DNA from: a virus
Taxonomy: Duplodnaviria > Caudoviricetes
Length of the DNA: 63,685 nucleotides
Virus record (IMG/VR): IMGVR_UViG_3300012943_000034
Location: 1 to 63,685 of that record
Direction: 5' to 3' (one strand)
This document shows, piece after piece, positions 36,767 to 47,416 of this stretch (the first letter of the stretch is position 1; every line of letters starts with the position of its first letter). A program made the position numbers and the translations under genes. A model generated the notes under the pieces. The model was not told where the DNA came from, ran no database searches, and saw only the letters and a program-made list of their open reading frames with translations.

Positions 36767-38782
36767 TTATTTTCTTAAACAACTGCAAATTAAAGATCCT
36801 GAAGAGTTTGTCTGAACACCCGTTGGACCTCTGGTTGAAAATTCATAATAAGTTGTACTATTATCTCTGAAAGCCGGAATCTGACCTTCAAATACTCCGG
36901 CATTAACACCGCCACCAAAGCCACATTTTAAATCATTGTTACACATTCCTACTGGAACATTTACTCTGAATATGCCTGTAGTCTGCCAACTGACTGTAGC
37001 TAAATCAGTATCAGAATCATAAACAGTACAAGGATTTGAAGTACAGTTATTTGAATGCCCGCCAGCCCCTGCGTAAATTAATCCGAAAACCCAAAGCCCC
37101 GGAGTTACCTTTCCTGATGATTGAGGAACGCTTGCTTCATTACCTTTTGCAATATTTGTTCTAAAGCCAAGAAGTGGTTTCACTGTAATATTGAAATCTT
37201 GTGGGCTTCTTGCTGTAAAAATTAAATTGTTGTTTGGGTTAGAAACAGTCTGAAGGTACATCAATCTTAGTGTCTGCTTATCAGTTGAATCCAAATAAAA
37301 TGGTGTACAAATATTATGTGGGAATGCGCCAAATGAGTTGATACCACCCCATCTTGAAATACTCGTAGCATTACTAGATGCTAAAACAGTCTGAGCATTG
37401 TTTGGAGTTTTTATAATTCTAAATTGATTCGTATAATAAGCATTTGCGACGTTGTTAATCTGGGCTTGGTTTGCGAAGTTCATACAAACCTCAACCCATC
37501 CAGCTTGCGGTGGTTGAAGTACAATTCCCAAGCCCTCACTACCAGCAGAGCAAGTTAATCCAGTTGAAGGGTTTGTTGTAGAACAAGGAATTTGTGGGTT
37601 AGCATTTCCTGAATTATTCACTATCATTTCTAGTGTTGATTCAGTCATTTCAGTGTAAGCCGCTACGTTACCAGTTCCTAAATTTACGTTCGCAGCACCA
37701 CCAGTAGAATAAATATTCACATCAACAAACCAGTTTAGATTCTGAGGAGCCACTACAGGGAGTGTTGATGTTGCTACTATAGAAAAATTTGTATCCGTAG
37801 TATTTACTGGAGTTGCACCAGTTTCGCAAAGTAAATATTCTCCGGGCTCCATATTTGTATCTGCTGCCGCTAAATGTTCTGCTGAAGTTCCAGAGCTATA
37901 CATTCTTTTAATTACAGATCCAGCAGCATTATAATGAATAATTCCTATAAAATGTGAAGCAGAAACTTGCCCCATCGCACAAGTAGCAGAAGCTTTTATT
38001 TTTTGCAGAGCTGTGAATCTTGTTGCCCCAGAAACGGTTGTTTGAGAAATAAGCGTACTCGCATCGCTTTGTTGAACTGTTGCAAATAAAATAAAGTTAC
38101 TTGTTTTAGAAGTATAACCAGTCATAGAAACTGACTCTTCAATCGTCGCAGTTTGAGTGTATTCACCAAATCCAAATCCACAGTTATCAAACTTTATATC
38201 AAATGTATCTGAAGCACTTTGTCCAGCGAGCCTGTGCCTGTATGTCTTTCCACCAATGCCAGGAACAGAAAGATAATATGGAGAGTATTGAGAGTTCGCA
38301 TTTAACTGCTGATATGCAACCACGGTGCTGTCTGTGACGTTGTACAATTCATAGCGAACAGGTGTAGTAAGTGTATCAACCTTTAGTTGGCAGTATGCGA
38401 TTAAATTTGTTGGAGCATTAGTTCCCAGAGTTATATCACCCATTGGAAGTACAGGAAGATTAGAGGCCGATGCTTGAAATCGACCAGCTTTCAAACCATC
38501 AAAAATGTCTGAAGCATTTGCAGGAGCAGAAAGAACAGAATACGTTCCAGTATTAGGCGGTCCAAATCCAAGTGTACCAAGCTCTAATCCGGGGTTCTTT
38601 AGTTTGTTTGAGAATTTAAAATATTGTTGTTCAGTAGTATTAGGTGGCGTGGTCATAGCTGAACGAGCATTGTGGCATTGTGATGACCCAATAAAGATCA
38701 AAGCACATACCCAGATCATCCACACAGGAGCATCAACTGTTTGAATCAAATAATCTTTAATTTTAGATAATCTTTTTTTCAT
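36767..38782 (-). CDS. fibre/adhesin-like protein with signal-peptide-like N-terminus
   Basis: T/S/N/G-rich beta protein, NKLKNPGLE carbohydrate-binding-like start, many Cys. Confidence 0.6.
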   Translation of the reverse strand: MKKRLSKIKDYLIQTVDAPVWMIWVCALIFIGSSQCHNARSAMTTPPNTTEQQYFKFSNKLKNPGLELGTLGFGPPNTGTYSVLSAPANASDIFDGLKAGRFQASASNLPVLPMGDITLGTNAPTNLIAYCQLKVDTLTTPVRYELYNVTDSTVVAYQQLNANSQYSPYYLSVPGIGGKTYRHRLAGQSASDTFDIKFDNCGFGFGEYTQTATIEESVSMTGYTSKTSNFILFATVQQSDASTLISQTTVSGATRFTALQKIKASATCAMGQVSASHFIGIIHYNAAGSVIKRMYSSGTSAEHLAAADTNMEPGEYLLCETGATPVNTTDTNFSIVATSTLPVVAPQNLNWFVDVNIYSTGGAANVNLGTGNVAAYTEMTESTLEMIVNNSGNANPQIPCSTTNPSTGLTCSAGSEGLGIVLQPPQAGWVEVCMNFANQAQINNVANAYYTNQFRIIKTPNNAQTVLASSNATSISRWGGINSFGAFPHNICTPFYLDSTDKQTLRLMYLQTVSNPNNNLIFTARSPQDFNITVKPLLGFRTNIAKGNEASVPQSSGKVTPGLWVFGLIYAGAGGHSNNCTSNPCTVYDSDTDLATVSWQTTGIFRVNVPVGMCNNDLKCGFGGGVNAGVFEGQIPAFRDNSTTYYEFSTRGPTGVQTNSSGSLICSCLRK

Positions 38783-38787
38783 ATAAC

Positions 38788-39885
38788 CTACTTCAATGCT
38801 ACATCAAAACCATTTAAAATTGCGTCAACTAATAACAATGCTTCATCCTGTAATGGAACCGATTCATTTGCAATGTCTCTATCGAGCATCATCAACAAAG
38901 CATCTCCCGGTCCCGCAGCCCTTCCGTCGATAACACCTAAAGTGTCCATCGTATTTAGGTTCCCAATATTAATCATAGTATTTGCAGTACCAGATATGGC
39001 AACCTCGGCATTAGCTGAAGTATAGGGTGCATTGGCTAGTGTGGCAATAGAGTCACCTGATTTCAGTAAGAAAGTTCTGAGCCTGTATTTGACTCTCTTT
39101 GAGGTATCAGATGAGTTCGCAGAGAACTTCCCGTTAATTAATTTGATGATGTTTCCGGCCTTATAAGAAGATGGGATGACGTATTTACAGAATATTGTCT
39201 GTTGATCGCCCGGAGTATAGCCGAATGCTAATTGATTTTGAGGGAAAAACGGGTTTCCAGAATAAAGTGAGTTAGAAATTCTAGACTCGGGTCCAGAGAA
39301 TCCAGGTCCAATATACCATGAGAGACCAGCGCCACCGCCACCACCAACGGCATCCCATGTACCATCTGCTTTAAGATATTTGTCTGCCGCAGCGTCCCCA
39401 GCACCCGGAGCAGGAACTAAACCTTTTGTTCCACCAGCGCCAGTGTCTCCTACAACGGGATTTAAAAGAGCTGTTACCTCTGTTCCAGTTAAGTCCTTTG
39501 GATCAGCAGGGCTTACGGTATTGTTACCTTTAATTGTGTTAGCAGGCATATCAGCAAGCTTCACATTTGTGACAGCATTGTTCGCTATCGTATTTACTCC
39601 AGAAACGTTCATAGTAACGTCACCAGAAGGAGTTACCTGAGTGGTTATACCACTGTTACCCATGAATATTTTGCCGCTTGCGAGTGTTTCAAAGTAATTT
39701 ATGCGACCACTTAAGATAGAAATGTCTGTGTAGATCGGCCCGAGGTTTACGAAGTAACGAGTATCGAGCTGGAGAATAGAAACATACTTAGTTTCAGGCC
39801 CAGCAGAAATATCTACTATCGGAATCCTGTCGCCATCCGAGATCGTATTTATTGGAGGTAAAGCTGATATTTTTATTCCAGGCAC
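38788..39885 (-). CDS. tail fibre-like structural protein
   Basis: KISALP N-terminus, IANNAVTNVKLA, KGLVPAPGAG...YLKADGTW. Confidence 0.7.
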   Translation of the reverse strand: MPGIKISALPPINTISDGDRIPIVDISAGPETKYVSILQLDTRYFVNLGPIYTDISILSGRINYFETLASGKIFMGNSGITTQVTPSGDVTMNVSGVNTIANNAVTNVKLADMPANTIKGNNTVSPADPKDLTGTEVTALLNPVVGDTGAGGTKGLVPAPGAGDAAADKYLKADGTWDAVGGGGGAGLSWYIGPGFSGPESRISNSLYSGNPFFPQNQLAFGYTPGDQQTIFCKYVIPSSYKAGNIIKLINGKFSANSSDTSKRVKYRLRTFLLKSGDSIATLANAPYTSANAEVAISGTANTMINIGNLNTMDTLGVIDGRAAGPGDALLMMLDRDIANESVPLQDEALLLVDAILNGFDVALK

Positions 39886-40604
39886 TACTCATTCTCCAAC
39901 ACGAGATAAACTCCGTTTTCAGTCATTAGATTGTATCCATTTTCAGTTAACAGGTTTGTGAATATGAGTGCAATTGATAACCCGTAAATAAGTGTGCTAA
40001 ACAAACCGCCTTGACCTGGATCGACAAGATCATCGAAGCCACTGCCATTAGGAAAGTTTGGAAGGATGTCATACAAATCTATGAATGCAAAAGGATTAGT
40101 TTCATCGTATTGGACAATAAATTCTAAGGAGACACCAGCAGCCAGAGACTTTTGAATGATCTGTGCGCCAAGTAAATATAAAGCTGGGTCCAAGCCTGTG
40201 TCGAAATAGTCGAATCCAATCCCTGCTGGGTATACTTCATAGTAGTGAAGACCTTGGGGTTGGAAGATTAAATTTATAATAAACAGAATTGTTGGGATAG
40301 TTGTATCAGTATTATTCTGCGCAATTGTTCCCAATATTAAAACGAGGTATTGTTCATCGGTTAAACCATTTCTTTTTATACCAACGATCTCGCCTATGTT
40401 ATCTAACTGAACGCCCACTGACGGATATGTAGTTCCGTTAAAGAGCATTCTTCCATCGTCTAACGCATAAATTACATCCTCTAATTCTTGAATTTGTTCT
40501 GTGATAGAAGTAACCATGCCTTCAATCGCTTGCTTGCCTTTATATTGTTGCATCAAACGATTGAGTGCCTGTTGAACGTGATCTGAGATTCTGGTTACAT
40601 TCAT
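39885..40604 (-). CDS. baseplate wedge protein (DUF2612-like)
   Basis: LMQQYK...GVQLDNIGEIVGIKR...DEQY; follows baseplate J. Confidence 0.8.
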   Translation of the reverse strand: MNVTRISDHVQQALNRLMQQYKGKQAIEGMVTSITEQIQELEDVIYALDDGRMLFNGTTYPSVGVQLDNIGEIVGIKRNGLTDEQYLVLILGTIAQNNTDTTIPTILFIINLIFQPQGLHYYEVYPAGIGFDYFDTGLDPALYLLGAQIIQKSLAAGVSLEFIVQYDETNPFAFIDLYDILPNFPNGSGFDDLVDPGQGGLFSTLIYGLSIALIFTNLLTENGYNLMTENGVYLVLENE

Positions 40605-40613
40605 CTTAAAAAC

Positions 40614-42446
40614 CTACACGTAGTTAAGTGTTACAATAATGTTTTGCGAACTAAAATGTGCTCTTTGTTGTGAGCGAATCTCAATGTTGTCTTGAGAAGC
40701 TGGAGCTGGTTCTGCTCCTGCATAAAGTTCGTAATCTACAATTCCAGGCACATCATTAAATGCACCAATCAGACCTTTTGATCCATATAAAATAACCTTT
40801 TGTCCGATTCTTAATGAGTTACCGATTGCAATAAGTTGTTTTTGTATTTGCTGAATACCATCTACAGGGAACTCTTCTTGATCTACGTCTAAAGTAATTG
40901 AAACATAAATCTCTACAGGAGAAGGTCGTGAGAAATAAACTTGGTGTGTTTGTTCAAACTCGTCTGTGAACTCGAACGGTCCAAGTGCTCCATAAGCCTT
41001 GATCCCTGCTGGTTTGTTTTCGTATATAGTATTTGCGATAGTAACATCGTCACCACCTTCAACTACTATCTCAAATGATTTACCGGGACGACCTGAGATC
41101 CCTATATTTACTGAATCAATCAGTTTTTGTAATGTGTTTGTTTCAACAAGAACTCTGTCTTCAGATACTGAATCAAAGAACATAAAGAATCCGCTTGCAA
41201 ATGTTCCTGATACAACCACTGTATCGAACGGCGAACCTAAGTCTCTAATCACTTGCTGAATATCTGCTGCATCATCATTGTAATTTATTGGATCAGTGAT
41301 AACTCCTGTTGGTCCACCAAGTCTTAAAGTGAAATCACCTGAAGTTGGAACGCCAGAGAACGTGATCGCTTGAACCGAATTGTCTGGTGAAGTATCAAGG
41401 TTTTCAAATGGAGTTACTTTTTCTACACCCTCAATTTGAGCTACGTCAGCAGCGATAGCTTGTACAGATGCGCTTGCACCAGCAGACAATACTTCGAGTC
41501 TTCTAATTAAAGCTTCTGTATCTGTTTCAATGTTTCTACCTGTGATCGCATCGAGTGGATTGTTTACAGAATCCCAACCAGAAATAGGCGAGTTGATTAC
41601 TGTGAGTGATCCTGCTGGAGCATATACAGGTCCGTTAATTGTACACCATGCTGACCCAACACCTTTTGCCGGAGTCCCTTCTGTAATCATAATTACAGTT
41701 ACGTTAACAAAGACAACCCCATTGAATAAAGTGTTTGAAGCGACTACAAATAGCGGCTGTGCTTTATTGCCGGAATCACCGTCGAATGCAATTGAGAAAC
41801 CTGAGGCAAAGTTTCCGGTTACAATTACATCGTCGTAAGGAGCATCAAGCCCATCGGCCAAAGCACGAATCGCTATTTGTAGTGCAGAATTAGATATATT
41901 GTAAGCAAGAGCACCCGTTGTGAGTTCGTTTCCTGTATCTGGGTTCACTATAGAAAGTGTCCATGATCCAGTTGTAGGTGTAGAAGTAAACGAAATTAAT
42001 TGGGCGCAATCTACTGCCGCTTGTATTGTTACTTCTTCTCTTGTCGCAAATTGGAATTGTGCTTGACCGAAAATAGAGATGAGTGAATTAGCTGGAATAA
42101 TTGTTCCTGCATCACCGAAAAACTCTAAGCCATATACTCCGTTTGTAATAGGAGCAGTTTTTGTAGGCAATGCTCCGAGCCTTTTTAAGTTGTTGAACGC
42201 AAGTAGGTTATCAACAGAAGTACCCTCTGCACCGCCCGGATAGTATGAAAGATAAACTGCTTCAGCCAATTCCCAAATTAGAGCTTCACGTTCTGATTGA
42301 ACACCGATCCATTGTCCTAAAACTGTTTCAGGGAGTAGGTTAATGTTCTTTCCAAGCAAGTCTCTTAATGTGTCTTCGACCTCTTTCTTGATGATCGCTT
42401 GCCTTTTAATTTTAAATCCCTGTGGGGTTAAGCCGTAAGTTGCCAT
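40614..42446 (-). CDS. baseplate J-like protein with two inserted domains
   Basis: YGLTPQGF, AEGTSVD, GRNIETDTEALIRR, SFEIVVEGG, KPAGI. Confidence 0.88.
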   Translation of the reverse strand: MATYGLTPQGFKIKRQAIIKKEVEDTLRDLLGKNINLLPETVLGQWIGVQSEREALIWELAEAVYLSYYPGGAEGTSVDNLLAFNNLKRLGALPTKTAPITNGVYGLEFFGDAGTIIPANSLISIFGQAQFQFATREEVTIQAAVDCAQLISFTSTPTTGSWTLSIVNPDTGNELTTGALAYNISNSALQIAIRALADGLDAPYDDVIVTGNFASGFSIAFDGDSGNKAQPLFVVASNTLFNGVVFVNVTVIMITEGTPAKGVGSAWCTINGPVYAPAGSLTVINSPISGWDSVNNPLDAITGRNIETDTEALIRRLEVLSAGASASVQAIAADVAQIEGVEKVTPFENLDTSPDNSVQAITFSGVPTSGDFTLRLGGPTGVITDPINYNDDAADIQQVIRDLGSPFDTVVVSGTFASGFFMFFDSVSEDRVLVETNTLQKLIDSVNIGISGRPGKSFEIVVEGGDDVTIANTIYENKPAGIKAYGALGPFEFTDEFEQTHQVYFSRPSPVEIYVSITLDVDQEEFPVDGIQQIQKQLIAIGNSLRIGQKVILYGSKGLIGAFNDVPGIVDYELYAGAEPAPASQDNIEIRSQQRAHFSSQNIIVTLNYV

Positions 42447-42454
42447 GTCGCTCC

Positions 42455-42847
42455 TTAAATCATTAGAGAAAGAGGTTCAGAAACCGGGTACACAATTCGA
42501 CCTGATGTTGTAATAACTTCAAATGCGATTTGTAATGTCCTATTAGTAAAGTTAGCAATTGAACTGAAAGAAACCAATTGAATAACGCCGGGTGTGCTAA
42601 GAATCTGGTTGATTAACAAAGCATCTATCTTCGCTTGGTCTGGGTTTTTAACCAATATTTGTTGGAAGTAAGGTAAGCCAATTGTGTTATCTAAAAACCA
42701 CTCGCCTCTAAACACTCTTAATCTCTGTAAAAGGTTCTGACGTATCGCTTCTAAACCTACTGTGAGAACAACTGTTCCGTTCGCATCAACAAGAATGTCT
42801 CCGTATGTTGGAGAGGCTGTGTCTAGATCCATTTTAATATCGCTCAT
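42455..42847 (-). CDS. baseplate wedge/sheath initiator (gp25-like)
   Basis: IRQNLLQRLRVFRGEWFLD..IGLPY...ILSTPGV. Confidence 0.85.
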   Translation of the reverse strand: MSDIKMDLDTASPTYGDILVDANGTVVLTVGLEAIRQNLLQRLRVFRGEWFLDNTIGLPYFQQILVKNPDQAKIDALLINQILSTPGVIQLVSFSSIANFTNRTLQIAFEVITTSGRIVYPVSEPLSLMI

Positions 42848-43143
42848 GTTAAGCTCCCTTTACCCGTAATAGCTGATGGTGCTACCGTTGTTCCAGTTTG
42901 GTTTGTCGCACTACCAGCCGTTGCCACAGCTTGCCCTATTGGGTTCTGAAAGGGTAGCCCAGATAAAGCCGTTGGTAAAACATCTGCATTGCCTTTTATG
43001 TATGTGAGATCAGCTCCCCAGATGGCTTTGAGTCCATTTAGTAAAGTGGTTTTCTCACCGTCTGACAGCTTATTGAAGTCAGTATTGTATGAAGCGATTG
43101 AATCGTATACTGCCTGTGCTCTTGCATTTGTTGTCATCGCCAT
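42844..43143 (-). CDS. small baseplate/spike-tip protein
   Basis: Position after spike; VATAGSATNQTGTT...GKGSL. Confidence 0.55.
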   Translation of the reverse strand: MAMTTNARAQAVYDSIASYNTDFNKLSDGEKTTLLNGLKAIWGADLTYIKGNADVLPTALSGLPFQNPIGQAVATAGSATNQTGTTVAPSAITGKGSLT

Positions 43144-43144
43144 A

Positions 43145-43813
43145 CTACACCTTCATTGTATCCAGTTTAGTTTTTATTTGTTGAAGCAACTGTACTGTGG
43201 AAGCAATAAACGGTTGCGGTCCAAGCATTGTATTTGTAAACGCCTGTGTCGCTAGAACATTTATCAACTGTGACAGTAGATCTATTAATTCATTCTGAGC
43301 ATTTTTAACCTGAAACTTCCCATCTTTTTTTAAGATAATTTCAGAATTCCCATTGTGCATGACTAAATCAGTGGCAGCACCAGTCAGTTGTTTTGAAAAA
43401 GGAATAGCTCCCGGTACGAAAATGCAGTCACCCAAGTGATGTCTTCGAGTGTCTTGTGGATCTACAAGTCCACCTTCAACTGACCATACATCAAGTGATC
43501 GCTCTGCAAAGAATAACCAGCCCTCATCGCCAACTGCTATTGGACATTTGATCCAGTAATCTTGCCCGGCCGGATGGCTTACAAACACATCTTGTATAAC
43601 AGGGAGTGCGACAACATTGTTATCAGAGAACTTTCTTTTAAGAGATGGCTGAACATCGATGCGCCCAGAGCCTTTTACCTTTACGATTTTACCCGGCATA
43701 CAGGTGTGCAAATCATATAGAAGCTGATTCACAGCTCTCATAACAACAACATCCATCGACTTGGTGTCGTTATCTAATGATTCCTTTTTCGGGTCGTAAA
43801 TATTATCTGCCAT
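43145..43813 (-). CDS. baseplate spike (Gp138-like)
   Basis: HTCMPGKIV, VQP, LPVIQDV, GDEG.L.FAERSLD.W, RRHHLGD. Confidence 0.88.
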   Translation of the reverse strand: MADNIYDPKKESLDNDTKSMDVVVMRAVNQLLYDLHTCMPGKIVKVKGSGRIDVQPSLKRKFSDNNVVALPVIQDVFVSHPAGQDYWIKCPIAVGDEGWLFFAERSLDVWSVEGGLVDPQDTRRHHLGDCIFVPGAIPFSKQLTGAATDLVMHNGNSEIILKKDGKFQVKNAQNELIDLLSQLINVLATQAFTNTMLGPQPFIASTVQLLQQIKTKLDTMKV

Positions 43814-44742
43814 TAAACAATTCCTATGCCCGGTTGAGTGTACGCCTGACCAGCACCTTGATTGATCTGCCCTGCTTCTACTGCCACACCTTCACACACC
43901 GCTTTCCATTCGTTGCCGTGGGTGTCGCCTTTATATTTTACGTTCTTTAATTTAAAATAACCATTGATAGTGTTTGACTTAAGCTCTACCGCACACTCTG
44001 GAATAAGTCTTGGATTGAGAAGTGCTTCAAATATTACTCCAGATTCTTTTAACGAAGGTTCACCAATAAGACCTGTTTCAGATGAAAGGAAGATACTTGG
44101 TTCACCATTGGTGGCTTTAAGTGAATTAATTTGTATGTGATTGTTTTGAATCGACCAAGTGTATTCAAGGTTGTTTGTAAGAAGATCCAATAGAGACTTT
44201 ATTGAGCCGCTAAATGGAAGACCTTTCTGTAATACTTTGTCATCAAGTAAAGATATATTCCCTTTTTCTATTTTAAGTGCTGTGACTAAATCGTTTATGA
44301 TCGCTGTATATTTAGTTCCTGCTTCATAAGACTTCTGGAAATAGTAGTTCGCAATGTTCTGCTCTCCATCTCCTGCTTCAAATGAAGTAACAATATCAGC
44401 TCCCTCTCTTCTAGTTAGAGTTCTAGCTGTGATCCCAAGGAATAATATTTCAGTAAGACCTTTGTACCCGGCCACTAATTTTATCAACTGCCCTTTGTCT
44501 TTGTACTTAATCCGAGATTGTGTATTGAGATTGTATACATCTATTTTAGCTTTATTGGGTGTGCTATCAGAAGTCTTCTCTATATCAAAAGTTACTCTCA
44601 ATGAGTTCGTGTATTGTTGGCCCTCGTTAAACACTTGAGGGTTAGACATATCGGGTTTATCACCTTGTGCTGGTGGTGAAATAGTGATCGCCCATGCTCT
44701 GTCGAATAAGAATTGAGCTGAACTAGACACTTGAATCCTCAT
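43813..44742 (-). CDS. baseplate hub protein
   Basis: FDIEK...PNKAKIDVYNL, LVAGY, WSIQN, ETGLIGEP, LLNPRL, GDTHG..W. Confidence 0.85.
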   Translation of the reverse strand: MRIQVSSSAQFLFDRAWAITISPPAQGDKPDMSNPQVFNEGQQYTNSLRVTFDIEKTSDSTPNKAKIDVYNLNTQSRIKYKDKGQLIKLVAGYKGLTEILFLGITARTLTRREGADIVTSFEAGDGEQNIANYYFQKSYEAGTKYTAIINDLVTALKIEKGNISLLDDKVLQKGLPFSGSIKSLLDLLTNNLEYTWSIQNNHIQINSLKATNGEPSIFLSSETGLIGEPSLKESGVIFEALLNPRLIPECAVELKSNTINGYFKLKNVKYKGDTHGNEWKAVCEGVAVEAGQINQGAGQAYTQPGIGIV

Positions 44743-45043
44743 ACAATAGCGAATGAGTCATACCAAATGAATAACGAGATGGTTGCTCCACTCTAGTTTG
44801 GTTATCACGAGAGAACAGAATGCCCGGCGGTAGTCCTACGATCACATACTGTCCTGCGATGTCTCTCTCAATTAAAATTGGGAGTCCACAGATAATGTCG
44901 TTGTCTCCTGAGTCTGCTATATCTAAAATCCATCTGTTCATACGTGTGTTGAAGATGAATCTTAGCGTGTAAACAGTTCCTTCAAATGTAATTTTAAACT
45001 TATACCAAGGTAAATCGTTACGTGCTGGGATTTCACTTATCAT
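44723..45043 (-). CDS. baseplate plug-like protein
   Basis: YTLRFIFNTRMNRWILDI; synteny. Confidence 0.75.
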   Translation of the reverse strand: MISEIPARNDLPWYKFKITFEGTVYTLRFIFNTRMNRWILDIADSGDNDIICGLPILIERDIAGQYVIVGLPPGILFSRDNQTRVEQPSRYSFGMTHSLLYEDSSV

Positions 45044-45729
45044 GGTGCTAATCCTCCTACAGCGTTTTTAATATTCGCTTGACCATCTTTGAATCCTTTA
45101 AGTAGTGCATTCGCTTTAGATTGTTGTTTACCGAGATCGGCTTGCGATGAAGCAAGCCCGCTATTCGAGAATATTTGAATGTTTGTTACGACAGCTTGTA
45201 CAATGTTCAACTCAATTAGTGATACATCGAACACCAATGCTCTACCTGTGCTCGCATCACGAGGCACTGATATAGATTTAATCCACATATTGTCGTATCT
45301 TTTTAAGCCAGTAACTATTGAGAAAGGTTTTTTAGAATCCTGTAATGATAAAAGTTGCTCGTACATTGTTTTAGATGGAGAGCTTGTTCCATCATTTGCA
45401 TTTGCTAGAGCATAACCGAATCCTGCTGCCACTACTCCAACTGGAGGTAATGCAACTGTCGCAAGAGTGGTGATCACTGACTGTGATATTTTTATTGGAG
45501 TATCTGTTTTGATCCCTTGTAATTCGAGCACATAAGGCTTAATCAAAATGTTGTCAGATATATTATCCCCACCCTCGATAGGAAACTCTGAAGGGATTGC
45601 TTCACGTGAGTGACGTTCTGATACAGAGCAATCTACAACAAGTGTTGAATCCTCTGACCCGTTCTCACCTTTTTTGATGAACGAAACTTTCTGTGGTTTT
45701 CCAAGTAAGTAACCCGTTAAGCCCGGCAT
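45040..45729 (-). CDS. Dit-like tail tube initiator
   Basis: DCSVSERH...FPIEGG.NISD...P...VTGLKRYDNM.I.SI. Confidence 0.8.
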   Translation of the reverse strand: MPGLTGYLLGKPQKVSFIKKGENGSEDSTLVVDCSVSERHSREAIPSEFPIEGGDNISDNILIKPYVLELQGIKTDTPIKISQSVITTLATVALPPVGVVAAGFGYALANANDGTSSPSKTMYEQLLSLQDSKKPFSIVTGLKRYDNMWIKSISVPRDASTGRALVFDVSLIELNIVQAVVTNIQIFSNSGLASSQADLGKQQSKANALLKGFKDGQANIKNAVGGLAP

Positions 45730-47189
45730 TAATACCTCACTGTTTGAGGAGTAGATCGTTCAAATTCACGAGACATCTTTTCCAAATGAGATTGAATTGC
45801 GTCATATGCTTTGTTACCAACATCTTTTGGATCAGTGCCCGGTGGAATAGTAAAGTTCATTGGCGCATCTATCGTGTAGCTATTGCCACCGTTAGATGTT
45901 TTATTTGCGTTGTTTGTAACTGAACTCATCACGCCGTTAGGCCCACTGATAGAACTCATCTTCGCCCCGGCCCCACCAGCTCCGGCGAACATATCAGTAA
46001 CATTACCGATACCTTTCTTAACCCAGTCTACCAGTGAACCCGTCCAAGTTTTACCCCCTGTAAACATTGCCCAGAGATCGTGGATGACCACAACCAAGAC
46101 ACCTACGGCAGCGATGATCGCTAAAATAGGTGCAAGTGCAGCCCACTCTCCTGCGGCAACGGCAAGCCATGCGGCTCTTAATAAGAACAACATTGTTTTA
46201 ACAGTTGAAATAACAGCCTGGAATATACCCCAAACTTTAATTCCCGCTTGTACAAGGAACGTGAGTCCCTGCCACACTTTGATAAATGCGACAACGGCTA
46301 GCACTGTGCCGAGAATCCACTTGGTCACTTCTTTATGCTCCATCATTAGGTTAAAGAATTTCGCTGCCTGGAAGACAACGATTCTGAATACCTCATATAG
46401 TGCGCCTAGAGCGTAACCAACTGAGTAGAAGAAATCTTCTAAGTTTGTTGCAGTAATTTTTTGTATAACTAAAAGGAGTTCAATAAAGTCGTTTGTTATG
46501 AACTCAATAAGCGGTGCGAAGTATGCGGCGGTCTTTGCGGCGAAGGCTGTGAACATATCGAACAACCTTTTTAACGCATCGCCAGCACGTTTTAGAGCAT
46601 TGATCTGATCACCGGATAACACGATGCCCAATCTTTCAGCTTCTGCGGTTTGCTTACGGATAGCATCAGACCCCTGTGATAGCCAGGGAACCATGTTCTT
46701 AGAATTCTTACCCAAGAGCTCTTGAGCTAAGGCAGTCTTTTTTATTGGATCTTGTATTTTGTTTAGCCTATCAGATATAGCGAATAACGCTTGATCTGCT
46801 GTCTTAAATGACTTTACTTGGTCTTGCCCGATGCCAAGCTGCTTAAAGGATTCCAATGCAGAGCCACCGTCTTTACGTGCGGAATACAATGTTTTAGAAA
46901 GCTTAGTGAGAGAGCCGCCCAATTCTTCTTGGGACACACTGTTTTGGCGAGCCGCAAATGAGAGCTTTTGATACTGCTCCACAGCGATGCCCATGTTTTT
47001 AGATGTTGTATCGAGAGCTGAATAGAAGTCATCGAACTTGCGTACGAGACCAACAAGCTTAGTGCCCAATTCAACGGCAACTAATAGGTTAAGTCTGTTC
47101 TTAATTCCACCGATTTTTTTGTCTACGTCATTGAGCTTTTTATCATCAATTTGAAAGCCCCATTTGGTAACCAATTCTTCTACTGTCAT
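45729..47189 (-). CDS. tape measure protein (short, 486 aa)
   Basis: EELVTKWGF start, helical A/L/K-rich, hydrophobic C-half; synteny. Confidence 0.85.
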   Translation of the reverse strand: MTVEELVTKWGFQIDDKKLNDVDKKIGGIKNRLNLLVAVELGTKLVGLVRKFDDFYSALDTTSKNMGIAVEQYQKLSFAARQNSVSQEELGGSLTKLSKTLYSARKDGGSALESFKQLGIGQDQVKSFKTADQALFAISDRLNKIQDPIKKTALAQELLGKNSKNMVPWLSQGSDAIRKQTAEAERLGIVLSGDQINALKRAGDALKRLFDMFTAFAAKTAAYFAPLIEFITNDFIELLLVIQKITATNLEDFFYSVGYALGALYEVFRIVVFQAAKFFNLMMEHKEVTKWILGTVLAVVAFIKVWQGLTFLVQAGIKVWGIFQAVISTVKTMLFLLRAAWLAVAAGEWAALAPILAIIAAVGVLVVVIHDLWAMFTGGKTWTGSLVDWVKKGIGNVTDMFAGAGGAGAKMSSISGPNGVMSSVTNNANKTSNGGNSYTIDAPMNFTIPPGTDPKDVGNKAYDAIQSHLEKMSREFERSTPQTVRY

Positions 47190-47416
47190 TTCTTAGCCCT
47201 CTCATGCGCTTTTCTTTCTTCTTCTTCTACGAAGTCCATTGCTTCGTGTGAGTCAAAGAGATCGTCAATGGTCCAAACGTAGGAAACATTGTAGAGAGTG
47301 TCTAAGCCTTTTAGAACTGGTCGCCAGATCGCCCAATCTACGTTGGTGACTGGTCCTGAAGATTCGTGCTCGATGGTGTTGACGGTAACTGGCTTAAAAC
47401 TTCTGCTAAAAAATTT
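47186..47416 (-). CDS. -1 frameshift extension of tail assembly chaperone
   Basis: Slippery GGA AAT TTT TTA at about 47407-47418; -1 frame open to TGA overlapping tape-measure ATG. Confidence 0.8.
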   Translation of the reverse strand, partial: KFFSRSFKPVTVNTIEHESSGPVTNVDWAIWRPVLKGLDTLYNVSYVWTIDDLFDSHEAMDFVEEEERKAHERAKK

